DNA of 64,000 nucleotides, taken from NCBI RefSeq assembly GCF_000497125.1, contig NC_090596.1, positions 1,488,001 through 1,552,000 of the forward strand. The letters run 5' to 3'. The notes beneath the pieces were generated by a model. That model searched no databases. It had not been told where the DNA came from and was given only the letters and a program-made list of their open reading frames with translations. The stretch's first letter is position 1. Every line of letters begins with the position of its first letter. Below are positions 44,140-55,300 of this stretch, piece by piece. Position numbers and translations under genes: made by a program. This DNA is from Spironucleus salmonicida. Taxonomy: Eukaryota.

Positions 44140-45897
44140 TCATTTTCTGGGGGGTGGACCAGTTCTAAGAACTCCAGCATTTATAAGTCTCTGTAATTTC
44201 TTGCTTACTGCAGGGTCGCTTAAGAAATGTTAGGCCTACTGGGGATTTTACTAGATTACTTGAATCATTTAAGACATACCTGGGTCTTATGCTAAATTCT
44301 GCATATCTGGATCAGCCATCGCAATATTGGCAATTTCTTACATTTCTTATTCAGACAATTAGCCAGATTACATTTCATGGATTTTCATGCTAGTTTTCTA
44401 GAATCCATCCATCGCCTCAGCATTTTATGAATCTAACTAAATTACCTACTAATATGTCTCAACAGATAAATAATACTACTTACGTAAACGCTCGATTTAT
44501 GCTTTACGGAGAAGAGCTTTCAGATGGTTAGGATCTTCTTTTAACACTTTCTCACAATCTGCATACGAAGGATGGATTTACCCCGCTTTAAATAATGCAA
44601 GTGATCTATTGTTGTGCAACTAAATAAATATAACCTTTGAATCTGCATCCATTAAGTCGTAAGGAAGGTGTGCAATACCTTCGGTAAACTTTTCAGCAGC
44701 TTCAATGAATTTATTAGCTTTAAATAATTCATTACCTGCATTTTTCATATTAACTGCTTCTTCTGGACTATAAATAGATTTTTTCTTAAAAGCTGAAAAT
44801 TCATCCTCAACTTTATTTAATAAAGCCAAAGTAGTTTTATCTCTGAACTCAATCATAGAATCTTTCAAAACACGGATGGCATCTTCATATCTGTTAAGCT
44901 TATAAAGAGCAGAACCCTATTTTGATAGAGATTTTGCCATTTCTTAAAAGCTAGAAGATCCAGAATTCTCTCTACCGAACTGATATGCCTCCTCAGCCTT
45001 AGCTAAGGACTCCTAAAATTTACCTTGCTTAAGTAAGGCGGTAGCAATATTGTTTAAGAATGTAATATTTTTAAATTCTTCAAATGCTTTTTCATAACAT
45101 GTGATTGCTTCTTCATATTTAGCTTCCTTGAAATATACATTTCCTTGATTTTTAAACTCATCGGCTTTTATTTCCTCAGTAGATTTCATAGGTTTTGCCT
45201 CCACTTTAGGTGTTTCTACTTTAGGCTAAGCCTATTTTTCAGAGCAACAAGATCCTCCTGTATTTTAACAGCATGAATCTCCGCATTAATTATTATTTGG
45301 ACAAGATTTTTATTCTTATTATTGCATCATAGCCCCCATTCCCATCATTTCAAGAATAACATTCATTAATACTTTATCTGATTAAGCAGCCATCATAAAG
45401 TTAGGACTCTATCTTGCTGTATTTAAACGCACAAATAAAGTTGGATCTTATATTACCATTTATGAAACCTTGGGATTTCCAGCAATTTTCATTCTGAGTT
45501 CATCTTCAGTACGCCCTAATAATTAATACTGCATTTGATTTTACATATCACCAATAAAAGCTTCCCTTCTTTGAGCAATCAAAGGCTCATTGGGATCATT
45601 GGTAGCACCGTCTGTTAGTGCCTATAATGCCTCATCGCTTTTACCCATAGCATTTAATGAATCTGCGATTCTTACATAGCCCTTTCCAAAAGCTGGCTTA
45701 ATTTAAACGCATTATTTTCCATCTTCTAAAGCTTTTTCAAAATTTTTAGCTTAATAATAAATATTAGATCTATTACTATATAAGATGTGGTTTTCTGGTT
45801 CAATATCGATAGCTTTAGAGTAGCATTATATGGCAGTAGCATAATCTCCAATTTTAACTGCAGCGTTACCTTATTGTTTAAGTTCATCAACTGACAT
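44140..45897 (-). CDS. STI1: Hsp70/Hsp90 organizing protein STI1/HOP (585 aa)
   Basis: TPR1 ELKQQGNAA...NHILYSNRS; TPR2A ADEFKNQGNVYFK; TPR2B KNAGNELFK; C-terminal DP region MADPDMQNLAQDP...LQRLINAGVL. Confidence 0.93.
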
Positions 45898-46916
45898 TTG
45901 ATAAGAAAAGGAATTTATTTTGGTAAATTCAATTAAATTGATACTTATATAATATAATATTAGATATATATTTAATTTATTTTTAATGTTTTATAATTTT
46001 AATTAGTTCAACTTTGATAGAGGAATATTTAATATCAATTTATCTATTAAAACAATAATTTAATCGATCTTTACTAAAAACATATAATATCTCTTGCAAA
46101 ATAAGTATTTTTATTTTTAACCAAATCTAGAAAATTAAATTATAAATATATAAAGTACAATGCGTATAGCACTATTATTTTTATCAATCCTTATTGATAG
46201 GAGCATGTATTTTACTTTTAATATAAAGACTAGAAGGTTACATTAATTATTTTATTAATTAATCATTTTAGCGTATTAATATACTTACAGTTTTTTATTT
46301 TTGAATTAAAATAGTTATAGGATTAAAATTCAGTCAATACTCGTTGTAGATCATATTACCATACAATCCATTAAAAAAATTAAGAAAAAGTTTATTTCTA
46401 AATAATCGAATCAACACACAAATGAAAAATGATAAACATGATTATATTATTCATTTAAAAAGGCAAATAGCATTCCAAGTTTATCTTAGTAGAATTTTAT
46501 GGCATCGTAAAATGGTTTATTCGAGTATAACTATACTAGTAAAATAATTTTAATGATTACCTATTATATTATTCCAATTATATTATATGAACATTCAAAT
46601 CACTTATATTACTACATTATCTTTAATTTTATATTTAAATGATATATACCAGGTATAATTTAGTTTTATATCTTAATTTAGGGAGGCATTATATGAAATC
46701 TTAAAATAATATTTTTCATAGCATAAAAGTGATAAGCCACAAAGTTCCTTAATCACTATAATAATATTTAAACTTAGATTTGACATTTCGTGATTTTATA
46801 ATTAGTTTATTTTTATTAAAATTTAGTATTTGTTGTTGAATATACGATTTATGAAATTTCAAATTGATTTTAATAAATATAATATATAATATTTTGATAA
46901 AATAAGATCTATTTTA

Positions 46917-49382
46917 ATGCCAATTTATCTGGATCACAACGGAACTACCCCTATGTGTTAAGAAGTTTGCGATGAAATGTCTAAACTGCTGTAAATTTAA
47001 GATGGGAAAACATTTTGTTTTGGAAATCCATCATCCGCACATATATATGGGTTTTAAGCGAAGGAGAAGCTAGAAGAAAGCAGAAAGCACGTTGCAGATT
47101 TGTTTAATATTAGCAAAGATTTCGTATATTTTACGTCTGGAGGCACAGAATCGAATAATATGGTCATCATTGGACTATCACAATTAAATGAAGGTAGAGA
47201 AATCATTTCGGGCCCGTGCGAGCACCCATCCATCGAGGAACCAATTATTTACGCTAAAAGGGCATATTCTGTGAAACACAAAATTCTAAACTGCCTCAAG
47301 ACAGGCGAGCCGGATGTCGCCCAGCTAGAGTCGCTGCTTTCACCTCAAACCTTCTTGGTGACGACAATGCTTGCCCAGAACGAAATCGGAACGCTCACCG
47401 ACACACAAGAAATGTACTACACGATCAAATCCTACAACGAAGCGCACGGCACCAGCATCCTCTTTCACGTGGATGCATCCCAGGCGGTGGGGAAGACCGC
47501 TGTCGCCTTCTGTTGCGATTTGATGACGATTGCACCACACAAATTCTACGGTCCACGCGGCATCGGTTGCCTGCTTAGCCGCTAGCGGCCCCCAAAAATC
47601 GCCTACGGGGCGCCACAGGAGCGCTCGTGCAGGCCGGGGACCGAAAACCTGCTGGCGATTGTAGGAATGGCCAAGGCGTGCGAAGTTGCGGGGCGCGATT
47701 TACAGGTGAGAGTGCAGAGTAGTTGCCGCAAGGTACAGAAAATGTACGACGTGCTGCAGGCATCGAATCTGGACTTTGCGGTGAACGGGGCCGCGGGTAT
47801 TTTGCTAGAAAACGGGAAATTTGCATCCCACTTTTCGTAAAATGAGCAGATTTGCATTTCAAATACACTTTCCGTCTCTTTTAGGAACTGCCCAGCTAAT
47901 TCCATCATTTCGAGCCTGGCTGACAGCGTTTGTATTAGTGCTGGTGCTGCATGCCATAGCGATCGAATTGATATATCGTAGACCCTAAAAAGCATCGGGT
48001 TGGACTAATAATATGCTATGGGGACGATCAGAATTAGTGTAGGCGAGTTCGTCAGTTTGGAAGAGGCTGAAATTGGCATTTAGAAGATTATTTAGGTTGT
48101 TAAGTATTATTAAAGTGGAAATATGATGCGATTAGACGAGTTATCAGCGTTGACCTCTAGCTTACAGCCTGAAAATTCAGTTAAATCTGAGGAAATTGTT
48201 CTTTAAAATGTGGAATTGTAAATTGAAAAATACCCAGACACAGTGTAAAATAGTGTAGCTTTAACTGAATCCTGTCCCGTTATTTCTAAGACCTAAAATT
48301 TATTAAATTTGACCTCTGGATTAGGATGTGCATGCAAATTACGGCCATAGGCGTTGAGCAGAGTTCTCCAGTCGATAAATTTTGGAAAAGATCCAAATAT
48401 TTTGGTCTCATAAGCAACTGCTGATGATGCATGCGTTTATTAGCTTGATAATTAGCTTTTAGTTTCTACTACGGATTTCTTTTCGCCAGTTATTGATGAC
48501 GCATATTTATTTGGTAAAATTTCTGCTGCAAATGCCCTATCAGATGTTTATGCTATGAATTCGAAGCCTATTTTTGCAATCGCTATAGCTGGTTTCCCAA
48601 GCAACAGAATGAGCGAAGACTCTATGATTTAAGTTATTTAGGGGGCTGTTGATAAGTGTCAAGAAGCTGGAATAGTAATTAGCGGAGGACATACAATAGA
48701 GAGTATTGAGCCGTTCTTTGGACTGTGCGTTAATGGTATTTAAAACAGAATCGAAAAGATTAAACTTAACAGAATAGAAGAAAAAGTATGTCAAAACGAT
48801 ATTTACCTAGTGATGACGAAAAAATTAGGTGTTGGTATGCTGACAACCGCAATGAAAAGAGGCTTAATCTAAAACCGCTAAAATTATAAAGAAATATATG
48901 ATGAATTGGTTTGGAATATGGAGACACTCAATATTATTAAATAAGAGTTACCTGATCAAGTTGTTGCTTTAACTGACATTACAGGTTTTGGTCTAGCAGG
49001 CCATTTATCGGAAATGTTAATATAAGATGGCTTGAGTGCAGAAATTTATACTAAAAGCATTCCAGTCCTTAAAGGAGTATAGCAAATTTATGATTTGTAC
49101 CAAAAAATAGTTCTAACTAACGAAAACAATAAGATTTATGTTGCTAACAATAATTTTAAGCTTGATGATGTTCCTTTTTTTACTGATTTAGTCACTGATG
49201 CCACAACTTCAGGAGGATTACTTTTTGCTGTAAAAGGGTGGAACACAGCTACAGAAATAGCTGATTTATACGATGGCACTATCATTGGTCATGTTTTTAA
49301 GAGCGATGCATCATAGTAAATATTATTAACAGATGATAAGGCGAGAGAGAATGTACAAAGAGGCATAGGCTTCTTTAAATGA
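46917..49382 (+). CDS. Fusion of a NifS/selenocysteine-lyase-like PLP enzyme with selenophosphate synthetase (SelD), 821 aa
   Basis: N-half [67 protein letters not shown]-half GLGCACK, DDAC, TTDFFSP..DD...[36 protein letters not shown]. All in one frame with a TGA at the end. Confidence 0.93.
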
Positions 49383-49416
49383 TTTACTACATTTCATTTT
49401 CCGTTTCTTTTCAATA

Positions 49417-51120
49417 ATGAACCCTTAATTAAAAATTGAAAATGTGAGTTTTGTCCAACCGTCTCTACCTATTATTACAGCTGTAATATAATATAAGGAG
49501 ATGACTGTTATAAGTAGGTTCTCATAGCGCGTAGATTTCTTAATTGATAATTGTACTGTTCGATAGGTATATTTGCCAGGTTTCTATATTAAATCAATAA
49601 TGCCATCTAAAGATGGTATATACGTTCTTCCAGCTAACTTTGCTGGTTTATTACTGATTAAAGACAACGAACTTTTCCCAACTGTAATTCCTCTTTCTGC
49701 TTAGCCAGTAGATTTCTACACGTCTATAGAAACTGACAATATTGTGCTTAAATATGCATAAGATGTTTAAATTGTAGATTAGGAGATGCGCGTTATTAAA
49801 CGTTTTAATTGCCTACCAGGCTGTATCGACTGTCTTGTCTAAAATCTTGTACTTACAAAAATACTAGTATATGGTGACCAACTATAGCTCATTGACACCT
49901 AAACTGGAGAAACTGACGAAATTGAAGCATCAGGTTACGCTGTATTTCAGTTAAATGTTATCCATATCGCTCAGACTAAAATTATTGCAACCTACGATCT
50001 TGATCTCGATTTAATTTAGGAGACCCGTGTTCCATTTTTCGTTAACAAAATATCTATTCTTTCCTCACTCTCATTAATGGCAGGAGGTGGAACAAATACA
50101 GCAATTTTCACATTCCAGCAGCGTACTCTTCAGCTTAAAACAAAGTTCAGCTCAGTATCATCAGAACTAGTAGGTGGTGTTGAGACTGTTCAACATTATT
50201 AGCTTTTTGAGAAACTATGCTATTCACGAATCATCAACAAAACTACACTCCAGCCAACTACTTTTGTCCTTTCAGACCCTTTAAATCCGTAATTTTTAGA
50301 TAATTCTATTTTAGTTCGCTCATATCATGGTCTTGATTTTCTTAAAATTGAAAATGGATAAACTGTCATTTAAAAGCGCTTAAAGGCGAGTGGGAACGAG
50401 CAGTTTTTCTCAGTGATGGATGGTTCGAATTTGGGAGTATCAGATCGATCAAACGGATTAATTGTAGATTTTGCTGGTGTTTAAAATAGTTATTTGGTAA
50501 GTTATGCTGGGGAAAATGTAACAAAATGTTTTAGAAATGGAGAATTTATTAAAAATTTACCACTTTCTCTGGCAATAGCAAAATATGAAACAGGGTTTAT
50601 TTTGGCGTTTCCTAACGGCTTCTGCACTTGTGATTTAGACTTTAATTTAATGGCATTCAATAGATATGATGTTGGGGGTTAAAAAGTAATTCTGGGCAGC
50701 TTTGGTAAGCGTATTTTGGCAGTAATTGGAGGGATTTAGGTTGTTTTGATGGATTTGGAGTTGAAGATTTTGATATAATAACGTAGTGCACCGATTTTCG
50801 GATTTGAAATAGGTATGGATGAGATTGTTCTTAATAAGTTTAAGTAATAGGTAATTGTTAGCTTGGAATTATCTGTTTTACAGGCGTTTACAAAAACACA
50901 TGTGATTGGTTCTCATGTAGTCAACGGAAAAATCTATAGTTTGAACTAATATGGATTAGATAGCATGAAAAATAAAAGAGGTGATAGAGAAGGAATTTGG
51001 TATTTTGCTGGTGTACAACAGAATGGAATTATATACTTATTTAATAGGAACCAGATATTTGCTGAATGGGAACTGATTCACGGATCGACGTATGGGAAGG
51101 CTTTCCGTAGTTTGGATTGA
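49417..51120 (+). CDS. Beta-propeller-like hypothetical protein, weakly DDB1/CPSF1/SF3B3-like (567 aa)
   Basis: In frame with track ORF 50494..50682; repeated short beta-strand pattern; FLDNSILVRSYHG resembles a DDB1-family block. The family call is tentative. Confidence 0.55.
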
Positions 51121-51197
51121 GGGTCTTTATTAATTTTTTAAGTTAAATTTTAGAAATAATAATAATATATATTTTATAGTAAAATTTGAATTCTTGC

Positions 51198-52217
51198 ATG
51201 CCAGTTGGTCTTCAAAATTAAGGGAATACTTGCTACATGAACTCAGCATTACAGTTAATCACAAACTCAAGTTATTTGAGAGATGCTATATTAAGGTAAG
51301 ATAATCAATATGCATCAGCCTTGAAAAAAATTATTATTGCAAAGAGTAGTATTATCCCTAGAGAAATAAAAACACTTATGGGATTAAAGTATAGTCGTTT
51401 TCATGGATATTAATAATAAGATTCCCATGAGTTTATTTCACTTTGTCTAGGAATGTTGGAAGATGAAGAGGGTGTAAAAAATAAATACTATGAAGAAGTT
51501 AATTATGACTGTCCAATGTAAGAGGGATATGAAAAATATAGAGATTACTGTTTAAAAAGACAGACCTCAGAGATGTAGGAGCTGCTTAGATATTATAAAG
51601 TTTTAGATACACAGTGTGAAAATTGTGGTACAATAGGGTATAGTTTTCATGAGGATGAAAGTATTATCTTAAAAATTAAACAAGCTTCATAGGCAGGGAA
51701 AGACAAATCATAAGGATATATAAGTAGCTTTACCTTATTTTTTGGTGGTTCATCTGGCGAGCCAATTGATATGAATACATTGCTTGAATCATATTTTGCA
51801 ATAGAGACAACTGATAGGATTTGTAAAAAATGTAACTAATGTAAATTATCAACATAATTGAAGCTATGGACACTTCCAAAGTAGTTACTTATTGTTTTTG
51901 CAAGGTTTACTGGTAAGTTTACCAAATTGAACAACAAAATTAATTATGACTAAATTGTTAGTCTTAACAAATATTTCCATAATGATTCGCCATATAAAGA
52001 ATAAGAATAATTTAAGCTTGAAGCGGTATCATTACATTCGGGTTCTACATCAGGTGGGCATTATACTGCTTTTGTAATAGATGATGAAAATTCCATGTAT
52101 GACTGTAATGATAGTTGTGTATCAGAGACAACTAGTGTAATAAACGATCCAAGAGCATATGTTTTGAGCTATGCTATGTTAGAAAATTCAAATATAGTAG
52201 AGACCCAGGAAGAATGA
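51198..52217 (+). CDS. Ubiquitin-specific protease (peptidase C19), catalytic domain only (339 aa)
   Basis: GLQNQGNTCYMNSALQ, QQDSHEFI, CENC...CKKC zinc ribbon, VSLHSGSTSGGHYTA...CNDS. Confidence 0.93.
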
Positions 52218-52303
52218 CGTTTTGCATTAAATATTTTTAATTTTCTATATAATTGAATTATAATATATAATAAACAAATATATTCGGAATTTCATCCGCA
52301 AAA

Positions 52304-55300
52304 ATGTCGTATATCGTACGAGATATGGCTCCTTCAGATTATGAATAGTGTCAGCAGTTGATTCAGGAGACGTTTTACTCGTAATTATTTGCAACGAAAT
52401 CTCTTGAAGATCTTCACTAGAGTTGTGCATATGCAACTGTAGCGATGTCATCTGCCGATAATACTATTGCTGCTTTTTTAATTATTTCTCACAAACCATA
52501 ATTTTTTGCGGATTTACCTATGAAATAGCAGCCCGGGTCTCCCCCTGGAATTAGATGTCCAGTTACACCTAGTTAATATGTTTAGTCATATTATGAAGTC
52601 ACTCTTCCAGAATTTACTTCCCATTATGCTAGATCATTTGGTGCTGCAATAGAACATCCTACTGCATTAAATTTATTAATTCAGTGTTATTTTAACTATG
52701 ATCCTTACAACGAGGCCTTATTATTTGTATAGCATCCTTATCAAAGCCTGCCAGTTTATGCACGAGAAGTTTTTCCCGAATTATAAAGAACAAATCCTCT
52801 GCCATCAGGATGCTGTAGCTATTTATGTTGCATAAGAGATGATGTTCTTGCTCCGCTCCTTGTCAGACCTTCTGAGATGAAAGACCACGATGATTTAGTT
52901 TTAATTTTTGAAGCTTAAAATACAAATCTTCGAGAAAAGTATGGTGAATTTTTTGTTGCAGATCTTATTACAGGTGCCGAGGAGGAGCCAGCTTAAAAAA
53001 TAGCATTAGTAGGTCTTGATTATGAAAGCCCAGGGTCAGAAATACGGAAACCTGTTTCTTTTATGTATGCTGAAAAATTTTCTCCTTTTAACGAAGAAGA
53101 TGCTCAAATATTATAAAATTTATAGGTAACTCATATGTTAGAAAGATACGGAATGTAATCAGTACCGCCTGATTGTATTGCTTTTATCAGAGCAACTGCA
53201 ACCTTGCCCTAAGCTGAATCTAGATGTGCTGATTTAATTAATTAAGTTTTTGAACAGTGGGAAGATGTTGAGGCTTTACTTTTATCTCTTCCTTCTTCAT
53301 CAACATGTACAGATATGTAGATATTAAGATTATTTACACTGGTTGACCCAAGATCTCCACTATCTCCTAGAGAATCTCTATTTATTTGCCATAAATCATC
53401 TTCGCTTAATACAATTAGTGTTCAAGCTCTATAAAATAAAGAATAAGTTGATGCAATATAACACTACATATTAGAATCTTTATCTCATTAAAATTTGATT
53501 AATTCATAGTAAGCATTTTATGAAAATTTAGAAATTCTTTAACCAGATTCAACACATGGTACTGTTGTTGCTTTTGGATGGAATGATGGTAAAAAGGTTC
53601 CAGTGGCTGTAGCAGTATGCGATTTAACTGTTGGTTGTTTATAAGATGATAAAGTGCTCAAAAACTATATTGAAGAATACGAAAAACAGGCACTATAAAA
53701 ATCAGAGGGTAGAATATGTCATAAAGATATTAAGGTAGATATAGAGAAGAAATATTATACCACTGAATCTATATGGAATATGGCAGAATGTTTATAGTGT
53801 AAAACTTGGTGTAAAATACATTATGACGAACCCCTTGAAAAATTTGCTTATTTAAGAGGTTTGATAATAGATCCTTTATATATTTAGTTTAAAGATTAAA
53901 TTATATCCTCCTTTTTAAGACAATGTGGAACAGATGGATTTTTACTGTCTGTAGGATTTGAATAACAATAATTTATTAAACAAGTTTATAAAGACGATTA
54001 GTTCATATCTTTTGAGGCCGATCCTAACTCTATTTTCACTCATTTTGAGAAGGATTTGTTTAGATCTTCCGAATATGTAGAATCTGTTAGAATATTACCT
54101 GATCCATTCAGAACTTTTTATGATGGTTAAATTGGTTCAAACTATGGAGCACAACCAAAACCACCACCATAAAATGCTTCTTGTGCAAATTCAATGTATG
54201 GACCAGAATCTGATTTACATAAGAATAGAAAAGAAGATGAAGCTAGCTTCAATTTAAAATCTCTATAAGATCAATAAGCTGATATTGCATTAGCTGCAAT
54301 TAGGGGATTATCCCCTAAGTTTAGTTTATTTATATTACGACCATTAACTTAGATGGCTATTTTTATTCCTCCAGTGTCTATTTCGAATTCTGATGAACCA
54401 TCTAAAATGATTATTAAACAACCAGTTACATTGACTGATCGATTAGTTATTATAGGTAATGGTATGGGGTTATTACATATTTTATCCACTTTATAAGATT
54501 GCCACCACATTGCAAAATTTAAAACAATTAATATTATTCATCCAGCACCAGGTATTCTCACACCATATAACTTTGAAAACATCTAAGAGTATCCATATGA
54601 CCACGGAGAAACTTTAAGTTATGTTCGTGATCGTTGTGTACAGTTGTTCTATGATGTATTTATTGGAGATATGCAAGAAGTAGATCTTCAAAATGGTCTT
54701 ATTAAGCTTGCATCAGGCTCAGAAATTAGTTTCGACTTGCTATTAATTTGTCCAGATGGTGCTGATTCTGAAAGTTTAAGAGCATGCTCATTTTTCAATT
54801 TAAACTCTGCAGTATCTTTCAATTACGGAGTGGTTGATCCAAGTGATCAAGGTAAGCAAGTCGGTTTATTTTAAGCAGGAAGCACAATATCATAAATTAA
54901 TGATAGAGGATATAAGGATTAAGATATTTGCTAAGTTTTGTGTGAACCGAAGAATTACATGCGTCTTTTAAGCTCATTGTATACTGAACATCATAGTCCC
55001 CCATTAGAATTGATAAGTACTAAAAAGTAAAAAGAAGATGCTGAAAAAAATAAAGTTAACAAATCTCCATAGAGAATGTAAGTCTATACAGCTTAAACAG
55101 AGGCTGATTTAATTCATAGTATTCGAGCTAGATTGCATGCTAGAACCTTTTTTAGATTTTTAACTAAAGATAAACCATTAATGAAAAGATAGTTAGCTGC
55201 ATTATTTTCTTCAACTTATCTATAAAACTTTAATTGGTCTGTTATGAACCTTATTTCTACAGGAATTAAGAAGCAACTAGAATTGAAAAAAGATAAGAAA

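Noticed and set aside
47340-47995. Several minus-strand ORFs in the track
   Set aside because: Antisense shadows of the GC-rich part of the NifS domain.
48327-48329. Possible selenocysteine codon in SelD and a downstream SECIS
   Set aside because: The codon is TGT (Cys), and only 34 bp separate the stop from the next ORF.
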